A stretch of DNA of 64,000 bases from Octopus sinensis (taxonomy: Eukaryota), in the NCBI RefSeq assembly GCF_006345805.1, contig NW_021833444.1, positions 8,271-72,270 of the forward strand, read 5' to 3'. The notes beneath the pieces were generated by a model, which was not told where the DNA came from, did not search any database, and saw only the letters and a program-made list of their open reading frames with translations. Of the stretch, positions 41,919 to 52,654 are shown in pieces. Position 1 is the first letter of the stretch, and the number at the start of each line of letters is the position of its first letter. The position numbers and the translations under genes were made by a program.

Positions 41919-44900
41919 TGTTGTTGTTGTTGTTGTTGTAGTATCATGAATGCATGTTTTCATTTGGATCGTAAAAAAACGAAAAATTTGTATTATAGAA
42001 ACGAGCCATGTCACGAGGGTTGGACTCAAAATGACATCTAAGATATCTAATAAAGTGACAAAAATTTACTTGTCCTTCAGAACCATCCACGATTCCGTGC
42101 AGGGATTGTAACAAGCTTCTGAAGTCAGGTGTCGCATTAAAAAACTGTTCCATCATCTCCATCATTGATGATGCTATAAAACGAAAGTTAATAAAACAAT
42201 CAATAAAAAGAAGTGTTCATTCATATTTATAGCAAAATCGCTGGAAAAATATTAAAAGGCAAGCAAAAGATTATTGAATTAATATAGAAAAGGCGTATGT
42301 TACAGAATGATCTTGTCGTTTTTGCTGTTGTTCGCTTTCAGCCTCAGCCAAAACTAATTGTGAAAAAATCCGATCAAAGTAGTTGCAAACTATGATAATG
42401 TCAATTCTTATGTATCAAAAAATACATTTTTCAATGATCTCTTCCTTTGTATGACGGCAGAGTTTAATTTTAAAATAGTTTACTTGCTATTTTCTAAAGA
42501 TCGTCCACCACACGATAACCAGTGATTCCGACCACCTTGGATATTTAGTCCCAGGTCAATCCTGGTTAAGCTAATGAAGCAGATATCCTAAGAGTAACGA
42601 CGGTCTAGCCTCATTATTCAACCAGTTTTAGTTTTCGAGCAATGTGGATCCGGGCCAACTGTATGCAATGTACTCTTTACGAAAACGTAATACTATTTGA
42701 GGAGATCCAGCTATTATGTCTAGTAGGCTGAATGAATATGTACATGGCGTATGTGGAAAGTCTTTGTACTGAAAGTGAAATTCCTCATAATTCCTCGAGG
42801 AATGCTTGGTAGATTTTGTTGATTTTACTTCTATAGCGCGGACCCAGACTTATCCAATCATTCACGGATTTTCTTGGAGTATTTTACTACTAGGCCACGT
42901 GTTTTCATAAATAAATAGAGAAGCAAGATTCAAGGACTTATATATTTCTGTGAAGGCTATGTACACATGAAGCAGCATTTTTAAAAAATGCCAAAAGTAG
43001 ATGAGTTCCTAAAGAATCAACGGCACCCGTATCCTGTGTTGTAGACAGGTACAATCATGATTACCAAGCCTGAAGGAACGTTTTAATAGAAGTTACACCA
43101 ATATCTAATTTTATACTATACTACTGAAATGTTCAAAGAAAATCCAAGAGTGAGTAGGGTTGAAAAGATTGGAAAAACAATCAATACAGCCCCACACATT
43201 ACGGCTTTTTTTACTACAACTGTAAAATTTCTCCCCAAGTTCACATCCCCGGTCTCAGAAACATGTACAGAAAAAACCCGGCAATTAATTAATACTCGCT
43301 ACTTTTATCCGCCATTCAAGAAAATTTCTTGCAGGACAGCGCATTCCTATTCACTCTCGCCTTCCACTTCAATTTCGACTTGGATTAACTTGACGGAAAT
43401 ATATCAGTCATCAATAATAGTTTCCACTCCAATTTTCTTCACAATCACCAGGTACATGGAAGATCTCTGCTCTTTCCTGCCAATTTAAAGACGTTCTTCA
43501 TATGACATCATCTATTTGACAAACACTACAATCTACAGTCAACACCCTGTTATCTAGTACTCCTATAACCAGAACTCTTAAGCAATCAGTACATAGAAAA
43601 GGGTAAAATAAACATTGTTAATTAGAGTCAATATGTACGAATTGTGTTAACTAACTAATCGTTATTAAAAGGTTTCTGTTGTGTTTAAAATGTTTCGTTG
43701 CTTCCCAAAGTATTGTAAAGTATTTTATTTTACTGCACTTTGAGTAGCTGTATTTTATTAGGTCAACAGAAATTATTAATTATTTAACTTATACTGTAAG
43801 TTCTTCCATTTTCTCACATTTCTACTATATTCAGAAAATTAATGAAATGGACGTATATAGCAGGTTTTAATGAATTTTTAAAGCATTATGGTAATTTAAA
43901 AAGTCGTGCTCAGATAACTTGAAAATTCAGTTATCGTCTGGTCCCAGTGATTCCGGATAGGAGGTAGTTTATTATTGGTGTATTTAAACACGGAATGAAT
44001 ACATGGTAATATCATTGCATTACTCCATGTGCAGCTCAGACGGAACAATCAGATAGCACTCCAGTAACTTATAATATAATAAATTCCAACGTAAGTTATC
44101 TTTTAAAATTGTGTAATCACAGAATTTTCAGACCTATAAGTGTTAATTCAATATAAATACAGAACTTTACATCATGTACCCCCATTTATATATCAATAAT
44201 AAGTGTGAAGGAAAACGAAGAAAAAACAGTTAAACTCACTAGCATCATCTTCTTCCCCAACTTTCATACTTTGGGGTACTTTTGTGCAGCACAGAGGGTT
44301 GAATAAAAATATTTTACCAGACACCGACACAAGCAAATCACCGTCTGGGAATGCAATTTTTATGGTACCAATTTTGCCTAATACCTACAAAGATACAAAC
44401 AACATGCTAAATGAAGTCAAACTGTAAATTTGATCCACGTCATATGAACAGGCTGAAAAAAAAATCATAAGGGATCAAATTAACGATATACATATCTATT
44501 TTTAATGGTTCAAAAGATAATGCTTGCGTCCATTACACATTTATGTACTTAGATATATATGTAAGTATTTCTAATCCAGAAACGCGTTCGTAAATAACCC
44601 TTAGACTTTGCTTTCGTTATTTCTTCCATCTGTTTTACATATGTGAATTACAGGGATATGTCGTATGTGGAGTCTCATTTGTAGAAAATAGAAATAAACA
44701 GTCTTTGACTGCTATTTCTAATTTTTTCGGTATGTGGCTAAGCAACATGTTGCTTGCCCCTTTTATTTATATACAAAAATATATATTGAACTTTTTTTTA
44801 TAAAAGTTCCTACCGTTAATGGTTATATTTACATGCCGAAATCTACCCGTAAATAATTGTTGGTTTAAAAAAAAAAACTATTCAAACTATTATTTACTCT

Positions 44901-45940
44901 TATTATATTACTACATGTAAGTATTATATATGTATATATATATATGTGTATATAAATATATATTCTTTTCTTCTTTTCTTCTTTTACTTGTTTCAGTCAT
45001 TTGTCTGTGTGTTGTGTTCCTGAGTATGACACTGTATTTCAAGTTGCTCCAGCTCACTCAGTTGTAGAAATGAGTTGCGACATCACTGCTGCTAAGCTGT
45101 AACGACCTTTGCCTTTCCCTCGGATAACATCGGTGGCGTAGAGTGTGGAGGTTGGTATGTATGGGTGACTGAAGGTCTTCCATTAAAATCAACCTTACCC
45201 AGACTTGTGCCTCGAAGGGTAACTTTTCACGGGCAATTCCATGGTCATTCATGGCCAAAGGGGTCTTTATTGTTTACTCGAGTACTATACTAAATGAATA
45301 AAGGATACCAAAGAAAATTAGACATTACATAACAGAAAAATTACAGAAATTGAAAATCAAATATCGTTTTTAGACGGTTGAACTGCAAGTAGAAAAGTTA
45401 TAAATGGTACACAAATATATGCATATATGCGTCCATTCGTATATCTATTTACATACTATGTCAAGAAAATAAAACATGACAGTTGTGGGTGAACCAACTT
45501 GCATCGTTTGTCGAGCAAATTAGGTATATTAGGAACTACACAACTTAAGAAATACACTCACCGATGTCATAACAGAAGTCCATCCACCATGATTAACCTG
45601 ATATCTTTTAACTTTTTCGGTATCATCAAGTATCCTAACTGCATCTCCAACGTTAAATTTGTCGATCTGAAACAGAGAAATTTAATGAGATATAACATAA
45701 GAAAGTAAGAGAGGAGGAGGAGAGAGGGAAAGTTTTGAGTGTGGGAGTGGGTTTCAAGAAAAAAGAGTGATTTACGAGAAGGCGTAGTTGAAGGAGGAAG
45801 AGAGAGAGGGGGGGAAAGAAAGAAAGAACGAAAGAAAAAGAAAGTTAGAATGAATGAAAGAATGAAAGAAAGAATAAATGAATAACTGAGAGAAAGAAAG
45901 AAAGAAAGACAGAAATAGGAACGATAGCTAGCCAGCTAGC

Positions 45941-46015
<75 letters not shown>

Positions 46016-48289
46016 TTCAAATTCCGCCGAGGTCGACTTTGCCTTTCATCCTTTCGGGGTAGATTAATTAAGTACCAGTTACGCACTGCGGTCGATATAA
46101 TCGACTTAATCCGTTTGTCTGTCCTTCTTTGTCCTCTCTGTGTTTTGTTCCTTGTGGGTAGTAAAGAAATAGGTATTTCTTCTGCCGCCACGTTCTGAGT
46201 TCAAAGCCCGCCGACTTTGCTTTTCGTCCTTTCGAGGTCAACAGTACCAATTAAGTGCTGGGGTCGATGTAATCGACTATCCCCCGCCCCCAAATTTCAG
46301 GCCTTGTTTCTATAGTAAAAAGGATTACTTATCCGTTGATTCTGTAGTGTTACCCTGATGAACGAGAGAATATTTCACTGAGAAATATGGTAATCTATCT
46401 CACGGACAATAAACATTGTTAGTCATAGTAATTTTGCTTCTACCCCATAACTGGATGAAGTAAAAGTAATGACAGGCTTCAATATTCCACTCCACCCACC
46501 TACTCTACCCAAAGACAGAGCACACTGGAAAGAAGCATGCATCAGATCCAAAACCAAAATCAGGGTATTGTAAGCAACTAGTTCTTTTGTCACTTAGATT
46601 AGTTACCATATTGTTGAACCATACTGCTTAGCAGAGAAGAAGGTTTGCTGGTGTAAGCCACTCGGTGTAAGCTTGTTGTCAGTGTACGAGGGGCGTTCAA
46701 TAAGTAATGCCCCTGACCCGCTTCCCATAGCAGTAGAGCAACGAAACTTGACCACAGTTATTAGTCTTTTTCTACATAGGAACCACCCAGAGTTACGCAT
46801 TTCTCCCATCGTTTGATGCAGCTCTGGGGACCGTTTTTGTAGAAGAACCCAGCTTGGTCCTCCACCTCAACGTGACTTCAGAAATCAAGGCTGCATCATC
46901 TGGGAAACGCTTTCCTTTCAAAAACAACTTCATGATTGGGAAGAGGTGAAAATCAGAGGGTGCAAGGTCAGGAAAGTAGGGGGGATGGGGAGGACTTCAT
47001 AGCCATACGCCTGTGCTTCTGATCTGGCGACAAGCGAGTTGTGGACCGGAGCGTTGTCCTGCAGGAGGAGGATGTCTTTGCTGATCTTGCCCCGCCTCTT
47101 GATTTTGATAACTTCTCTTAATTTCCTCAAAAGTGAAGCATAATAGGCTCCTGCAATTGTGGTACCCTTTGCCAGGAAATCTGTCATCACTACTCCGTCC
47201 TGGTCCCAGAAGACTGTGAGTATGATCTTGCCAGCGGAGTGCTGCACCCTTGCCTTCTTTGGAGGGGGTGAGTCACGGTGCTTCCACTGCATTGACTGGG
47301 CTTTGGTCTCTGGATCATCGTGATGGACCCAGGTTTCATCCTGTGTAATCAGTCTTTTGAGACATTTTGAATCATCTTCTTGGCACATCTCCAAATTCAC
47401 CCTCGAGCACTCGACGCGCTCTTGCTTCTGGAAAGGCGTGAGCAGCCTGGGAATCCATCTGGCAGACACCTTTTGCATATGCAAATGGTCATGAATGATA
47501 GTTTCCACAGACCCGGTACTAATCTTGACCTCATGGGCTATTTGGCGAATAATTATGCGTCGATCTTCCAAAATGGCAGCCTCAACTTGACGGACAGATG
47601 CCTCATCAATGGCAGAAGGGGGCGACCAGATCTGGGAGCTGTTTCCACAGAGTTCCGACCATGTTTGAATTCACGATGCCAGCGTTTTACAAGGTCATAT
47701 GATGGGGCATCATCACCATAAGTTACTTTCATTTCATCAAAAGTCTCCCGTGGTGTGCGTCCTTTCAAATACAAAAACCGGATCACTGCTCGACACTCAA
47801 CAGGCTCCATTTCACACTTGACTCGGTTCAAACACCTGTAAATCAGAAACCACAATTAATTCAGAGATGTAGTTTGCCACTTACTCTATAGAGATATAAA
47901 TGATTGCACATACAAAATTTCAGCTGGATCAAACAACTGCAAGTGGGTCAGAGGCATTACTTATTGAACGTCCCTCATAATATTGTGGAAGTAAGTTTAT
48001 CCAAGGAAAACGCCATGAAGCAGACAAGTTTTATTAATTGTAAAACATTTAAGCCATATTGGTAAAAAATATTATAAACGTAGAAGGTACTGAATGTTAC
48101 GGAGATTAGACCTTATATACTGACCTTTGTGAGAGCTTTTGGATTAAAGCGCCATAATTTGTTACCAAGTTCTTCAAATTTCACAATCACATCGTCGACA
48201 TTATTAAGTCCTTGAACTATGCCAACTTGACCTATAAACTGAATATAAAGTGGGTTAACAAATATTGTACATACATACATGCATACATT

Positions 48290-48321
<32 letters not shown>

Positions 48322-49644
48322 CATACATACATACATACATACATGATGGCTGCCCACTCTTTATCGAGTATGGCCATTGCACGAAGCTTAACTGTTACTG
48401 GTGCTGTGATCGAATGTGACTTTTTAGCCCAGCTACATACATACATACATACATACATACATACATACATACATACACACGCATGTTATGTATTCAAATG
48501 TATATATGTGCCACATGAACGGGGAAAAAACAATTCCAAACATACAATAAGATATATGGCGTATTTAAAATGAATTCGGTTCTCAGCACCAAATTTCACA
48601 GCACCGCGATTTTCAGACAAGAACTGCTATATTTGTTTCATTATTTTCCTATTAAATTTATACTTATAAATGTGCATTCGTTGTTTTCTACATCTTTTTA
48701 CAATCAAAAGGCGTAAGATAACAGGTATAAACTGATGGCTATGGGAGACCAGATTCACCCAGTAAATGTGGCAAGAAATGAAAGAAAAAATATTCATATT
48801 CATCAGAATATGCCACCCATCTCCAACGTTTTAGGATAATTTATTTGTGCTATAAAAGAAGATAAAATAAAGGAAAATAAATTTTGATGAAACATATATG
48901 GTAGCAATTCTGTAAATTTACAATGACATATTGTAGTGGTTGTGTGGTAAGTAGCTTGCTTACCAGCCACATGGTTCCGGGTTCAGTCCCACTGCGTGGG
49001 ACATTGGGCAAGTGTCTTCTACTATAGCCTCGGGCCGACCAAAGCCTTGTGAGTGGATTTGGTAGACGGAAACTGAAAGAAGCCCGTCGTATATATGCAT
49101 ATATATGTGTGCGTGTATGTTTGTGTGTCTGTGTTTGTCCCCCTAGCATTGCTTGACAACCGATGCTGGTGTGTTTATGTCGCCGTCACTTAGCGGTTCG
49201 GCAAAAGAGAATCGATAGAATAAGTACTGGGCTTACAAAAGAATAAGTCCCGGGGTCGATATGCTCGACTAAAGGCGGTGCTCCAGCATGGCCGCAGTCA
49301 ACTGACTGAAACAAGTAAAAGAGTAAAGAAAAAGAGAGAGATATTTTCTTACAAAATTGTCATACTTCCGGCAGTTGGTTTCCTTTTCGTGGCTACTGCA
49401 CTGTAGTCACTTAGTAATAGTAACCGTTCAACCAGTGATAGCTGTTTATGCATGTATGTATATATTTCGCTATCTATCAGTGACCTTATAGCATAATGAA
49501 AATACACAAGCCAGTACTTACGTTTACCATAAAAGGAGTCCATCCGCCATGTCCTTCTTGTAACAACTTTACAGTATTTATGTCTTCAGATAGAGATACT
49601 CGGTCTCCTGCGTTGAATACACTGGTAGATGCGTTGGAATCCAT
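13879..49644 (-). CDS. MIB2: Mind bomb 2-like E3 ubiquitin ligase, 16 coding exons, 774 aa (3x MIB/REP repeat, ~9 ankyrin repeats, 2 RING fingers; no MZM module)
   Basis: Hand-spliced exons 49644-49522, 48238-48125, 45666-45562, 44384-44240, 42173-42070, 40751-40647, 33138-32997, 30232-30099, 29236-29088, 27131-26975, 25000-24846, 18951-18825, 18404-18195, 16094-15922, 14948-14752, 14063-13879. All introns are GT-AG with matching phases; the sum is 2325 nt with no internal stop. Family recognised from GHGGW REP motifs, the ankyrin run ([29 protein letters not shown]) and two RINGs. The symbol denotes the family; orthology to the canonical mib2 is not established. Confidence 0.9.
14752..14948 (-). 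CDS. MIB2: MIB2-like exon 15 (RING finger 1)
   Basis: [65 protein letters not shown]; C3HC4 spacing; tcttccgtag / gtaagt; phase 2-1. Confidence 0.93.
15922..16094 (-). CDS. MIB2: MIB2-like exon 14 (last ankyrin repeat)
   Basis: [57 protein letters not shown](S); gtacag / gtaagt; phase 0-2. Confidence 0.88.
16170..17100. repeat. (TA)n array carrying three identical 47-bp cassettes
   Basis: aactatattggtgatgcaaacaggaaaacagaactcagaataagtgt at 16348, 16732 and 17044. Confidence 0.9.
17626..17925 (-). mobile_element. Tx1/L1-like LINE RT fragment
   Basis: [41 protein letters not shown]...QTCAIP (N-terminal RT motifs). Confidence 0.8.
18195..18404 (-). CDS. MIB2: MIB2-like exon 13 (ankyrin)
   Basis: [70 protein letters not shown]; tttttttag / gtaagt; phase 0-0; 210 nt. 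Confidence 0.95.
18825..18951 (-). CDS. MIB2: MIB2-like exon 12 (ankyrin)
   Basis: [42 protein letters not shown]; ttcttcag / gtaagc; phase 2-0. Confidence 0.95.
20600..21000 (+). mobile_element. Older Penelope-like GIY-YIG remnant
   Basis: [38 protein letters not shown], then after a frameshift IYVIKC...[20 protein letters not shown]...FLIFPLYK. Confidence 0.65.
21551..21598 (-). ncRNA. Minimal type-I hammerhead motif (U4C core variant)
   Basis: ctgt CCGATGA acg-gcaa-cgt GAAAC tc-a-ga GTA acag: stem II closed by a GNRA loop, palindromic stem III, stem I ctgt/acag. Confidence 0.7.
22590..22820 (-). mobile_element. Penelope-like RT-thumb/linker remnant
   Basis: [16 protein letters not shown]...[20 protein letters not shown] resembles the linker preceding the PLE endonuclease. 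Weak and judged by eye. Confidence 0.4.
24846..25000 (-). CDS. MIB2: MIB2-like exon 11 (ankyrin)
   Basis: [51 protein letters not shown](F); attttcag / gtaagt; phase 0-2; absent from the ORF track. Confidence 0.95.
26975..27131 (-). CDS. MIB2: MIB2-like exon 10 (ankyrin)
   Basis: [52 protein letters not shown]; ttattttag / gttagt; phase 2-0. Confidence 0.95.
28408..28925 (+). mobile_element. 3' end of an RLE-type (R4/Dong-like) non-LTR retrotransposon inside (AAT)n
   Basis: [16 protein letters not shown]...[49 protein letters not shown] (restriction-like endonuclease), 3' UTR, then (AAT)n tail. An older copy lies at about 27670-27960. Confidence 0.8.
29088..29236 (-). CDS. MIB2: MIB2-like exon 9 (ankyrin)
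   Basis: [49 protein letters not shown](G); ccacag / gtatgt; phase 0-2. Confidence 0.95.
30099..30232 (-). CDS. MIB2: MIB2-like exon 8 (linker and first ankyrin helix)
   Basis: (E)[44 protein letters not shown]; ttatatag / gtaagc; phase 1-0. Confidence 0.9.
30317..31079 (+). mobile_element. Internally deleted mariner (both TIRs, C-terminal transposase remnant)
   Basis: Left TAcgatgtgacatcaaaacgttccctgact matches the reverse complement of right agttcgggaaccttttgataccacctcgTA. Remnant reads [50 protein letters not shown]. Confidence 0.85.
32997..33138 (-). CDS. MIB2: MIB2-like exon 7 (REP repeat 3, second half)
   Basis: [47 protein letters not shown]; tttgtttgtag / gtaagt; phase 0-1; 142 nt. 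Confidence 0.9.
34985..37483. repeat. About 2.5-kb spacerless inverted repeat centred at 36233/36234
   Basis: ...gctagtctatacat|atgtatagactagc...; arms match along their length with scattered small indels. Confidence 0.9.
35004..35054 (-). ncRNA. Type-I hammerhead motif in a Penelope-type terminal repeat
   Basis: agcttc CTGAAGA tttctcttgaat GAAAC agtactagtcct GTA gaagct: 6-bp stem I, near-palindromic stem III, weak stem II. Further copies at 37415-37464 (+), 37593-37646 (-, core altered) and 39893-39941 (+, 1-nt deletions). Confidence 0.7.
39270..39705 (-). mobile_element. Penelope-like element GIY-YIG endonuclease fragment
   Basis: [21 protein letters not shown] (frameshifted) followed by [37 protein letters not shown]; flanked by hammerhead-bearing repeats. 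Confidence 0.85.
40647..40751 (-). CDS. MIB2: MIB2-like exon 6 (REP repeat 3, first half)
   Basis: [35 protein letters not shown]; tgtttcag / gtgagt; phase 0-0; 105 nt. Confidence 0.92.
42070..42173 (-). CDS. MIB2: MIB2-like exon 5 (linker; degenerate copy of exon 8)
   Basis: (T)[34 protein letters not shown]; gttttatag / gtaaat; phase 1-0, which bridges exons 4 and 6. Confidence 0.8.
44240..44384 (-). CDS. MIB2: MIB2-like exon 4 (REP repeat 2, second half)
   Basis: [48 protein letters not shown]; ctttgtag / gtgagt; phase 0-1; 145 nt. Confidence 0.9.
45562..45666 (-). CDS. MIB2: MIB2-like exon 3 (REP repeat 2, first half)
   Basis: [35 protein letters not shown]; tgtttcag / gtgagt; phase 0-0; 105 nt; absent from the ORF track. 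Confidence 0.9.
46687..47977 (-). mobile_element. Full-length (1291 bp) Tc1/mariner transposon, transposase inactivated by frameshifts
   Basis: TIRs cgaggggcgttcaataagtaatgcccctgaccc and gggtcagaggcattacttattgaacgtccctca with TA duplications. [13 protein letters not shown]..., [26 protein letters not shown] and a frameshifted [14 protein letters not shown] (DD34D). Confidence 0.95.
48125..48238 (-). CDS. MIB2: MIB2-like exon 2 (REP repeat 1, second half)
   Basis: [38 protein letters not shown]; attcag / gtcagt; phase 0-0; 114 nt. Confidence 0.92.
48933..49329 (+). mobile_element. tRNA-derived SINE, family A, near full length
   Basis: A/B boxes (tggttgtgtgg, ggttcagtccc), body gccgaccaaagccttgtgagtggatttggtagacggaaactg, tail gctccagcatggcc...aaaagagt. 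Other copies or fragments at 2345-2510, 3425-3625, 25615-26033 (-), 53090-53255 (-), 54520-54635, 63700-63890. Confidence 0.85.
49522..49644 (-). CDS. MIB2: MIB2-like exon 1 (start codon; REP repeat 1, first half)
   Basis: [44 protein letters not shown] in AAACAATGG context with in-frame TAA two codons upstream (49650-49648). Acceptor ttgtttcag at 49669-49668; donor gtaagt; phase 0. Confidence 0.8.
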
Positions 49645-49696
49645 TGTTTATACAAATACAAATTCACCTGAAACAAGCATATATATATATATATAT

Positions 49697-52592
49697 AAGG
49701 GGCGTGCACTCTCAGGTATGCAAGGTATGCGTTGCAAGACCTGTGATTTTTTATCCATATGATCGGAAAATTAGATAAAATAGTTTCTTTGTTTCAAAGA
49801 AAATCCGTCCAGTTGTTTTGGAAATATTTTGTCTCCCCTTCTCCTCTCTCAGTGACTCGTACTTCTGCTTTGAGAAGTTATGCTATGAGAAGATCCGCAT
49901 GACAGACACTCCCTCTCTGTCTCAGTTTGTCCTTCCTTCTCTCTCTCTCTCTCACTCACTTAGTGATTGTTTTAAAAGACATGCTAAGAGCATAGGGCAT
50001 TTGAAATATTTTTACCCCCTTCCTCTCTCTCTTAGTGGCTCGTCATGCTTTGAGAAGACCCGCATGACATCCCTCTCTGTCTCTTTGTTAGTTTGTCCCT
50101 CCTTCCTCTCTCTCTCTCTTAGTGACTTGATAAAACAGATGCTAGGAGGAAAGGTCGTTCATAATATTTTGTACCGCCGTCCTCTCTCTCTCTCAGTGGC
50201 ATGTCATGCTTTGAGATGACCGCATGATACCCACTCTCTGTCTCTTTGCTAGTGTAGAATTGTTGCTAACCTTGTTCCATTTCTGACCGGAACAAAAGCA
50301 GTCCCATAATTCTTAAGCTAGCCAGCTGAAATTTTGGAATAACTTAGCGGTAAGTTTGAATTTTTTAACCAAAACCTCTGTTTGCACTATTATACTTTTG
50401 GAGTGTTCGGAAAACAAAAAATATAATCTATATTATAATTCTTATTTCAGAAGTAGCTAATTAATCTTAAATTAATTTAACTAAGGTTATTTTTCCGTTT
50501 TGTTGAAATTGACTTACAATTTACGCCGGCGCTTCCACGTGTGTTCGTATATAAGAACAACCTTTTACGAAATAAGTGAAATGTGTGTTATAAACGATAT
50601 TTTGAGAAATAGTTTTTCGAAAAGAGACTTCGATGGAAAACAATTAATTATAAATGGTGGGAGACCAGCACCGAATTTACCTAATCTGCGAAGCTACAAC
50701 AAGAAATTCACGAGCAATTCCAGGTTAATTTGTATGAAAAGAAAAAATGGTTAACTGGGGTGCTATCCTTATTAAATTATTCTGTTGGCCTTGTTTACTT
50801 TTTTGCTTAGAAAAGAATGTTTGGAATGATAAAGGCTATGATGATTTAAATAATTTACATATGGCTATGTTAAAGCACAAGCGTTCTCAAAAGCATATAA
50901 AATCTTTGATAGATCTTAAAATATTCGAGAATGTTCGCATAGACTTACAATTAGATGCATGTAAAAATCAAAGCATACAACACCATAATGAGAAAGTCAG
51001 ACGAAACAGATCCATTCTGCAACGATTGATCGATGTTGTTATTTTTTTAGGTTTCCAGGAATTATCGTTTTGGGGTCATTTTGAATCTGAAGGCTCTAAT
51101 AATAGTGGAAATTATAAAGAACTCGTATATGTAATCAGTAAATATGACAAAAAATAGAAATTCATCTAGATACAGCTTCTATCCACGGTCTGTCAAACAG
51201 AATTCAAATAACTTGATCGATGCAATTCATAAAGTTATGTTGAATAAGATGCAAAGGTAAATCGAGCAAGCTAAAGTTGTTTCTATTTTTGTTGATGAGA
51301 CATCTGTTCTCAGCATATTCACAACTGTCAACAGTTTTACGTTATGTTAGAGAAGACTGTGTCACGAAAGAACGATTTATCGGTTTTAGTGATGTTAGTG
51401 CAGATCGATCTGCAAATGCTTTATCTGAACATGTTTTTAAATGCATTGAATTGTGGAAATGTGAAAACAAATTGATTGCACAAACCTATAACGGTGCCAC
51501 TACAATGGCAGGACAATTAAATGGGTTACAGGCAAAAGTAAGGAAGAAATATGAATGTGCGATCTTTATTCATTGTTGTGCCCATATTCTAAATTTAGTT
51601 CTTTCACAATCATGCTCTGCTATGAAAGAATGCAAGATATTTTTTTGTACAATAAACGGACTGAGTATATTTTTTCGAAATCACCGAAAAGGGCTAGTGC
51701 GTTAGATAACATTGTTAAAAAAAAGATTTCCGAAAGCAACAGCAATGGAATTACTCCTCACGGCTTATTATTACCACAAAGGAAAATTATAATTTCATAA
51801 TCAGCCTTTTTGAGCACATCATTGAAAATCCTGAAGCATAGGATGATACCACCATAAATTCAGCAATTGGATTCTTACACACTTTAAAAGCTCCTGATTT
51901 CTGATTTTTGTTAGAAGTATTCAGTGAGATTTTTTCTTTTACTGACGTCTTATTTAACATCCTCCAGAGTAAAAGTCATGACATAGTGCATTGTAAAGAG
52001 CAAATAGATAAAACTAGAACTGTACTCGAAAACAAACTTGATAATCGGAATTCAGAGATCCAAGAATTGAGCGCCAACGACATTATAAAATGCTTTATAA
52101 CAAAATTATCAGTACAATAGTTGACCAAATAAAAGCACGATATTCATCCTTAGAAGAGTTTAAATTCATGGAACTTTCGAATTTCAACAAATTTGATGAG
52201 TATTGCAAACAATTTAAAAATCATGGGTACTATTTAAGAAGAGTGGTCCCGGTGCGCGCACCAGAGCATCCACGCCAGCTAGTTGTGGCTAGTCGATCCT
52301 TACTTGTGTTTTGTGTTTTATTTACTTTGTTTAAAACATTATTTACTTTGTGTTTTGTGTTTTATATATTTTGTTTAAAAAATTTATGTACTTTGCTAGA
52401 TAGTCGTAGGATCGACTACTCACGACTAGCCAGCGCGACGTTTTTTTTTTTCTAGGTCATACTGGGGTGATTGCATATCAGAATCTCCCATATGTAAATC
52501 GTAGGAATTCGAAAATTTTTTGCTGAAAAATTGCCGGGGGCGGGGGCAAATAAATTCATTTCATGCCCAACCCCGGAAGTCACCGCACGCCA

Positions 52593-52595
<3 letters not shown>
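49697..52595 (+). mobile_element. Decayed hAT transposon (ZMYM1/DUF4371-type transposase)
   Basis: Fragments RNRSILQRLIDVVIFLGFQELSFWGH, QLSTVLRYV...ERFIGF, QTYNGATTMAG, IHCCAHILNLVL. Termini aaggggcgtgc and gcacgccactg inside (TA)n. Subterminal ~170-bp tandem units at 49830-50240. Confidence 0.85.
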
Positions 52596-52647
<52 letters not shown>

Positions 52648-52654
52648 TCTTAAA

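Noticed and set aside
43129-43488. 119-aa plus-strand ORF ending [11 protein letters not shown], faintly like a Penelope RT YxDD region
   Set aside because: One degenerate motif only; cannot be supported without a profile search.
46930-47855. Mariner ORFs as a domesticated SETMAR-like gene
   Set aside because: Intact TIRs with TA duplication, two frameshifts, no SET exon and no splice connection to the host gene.
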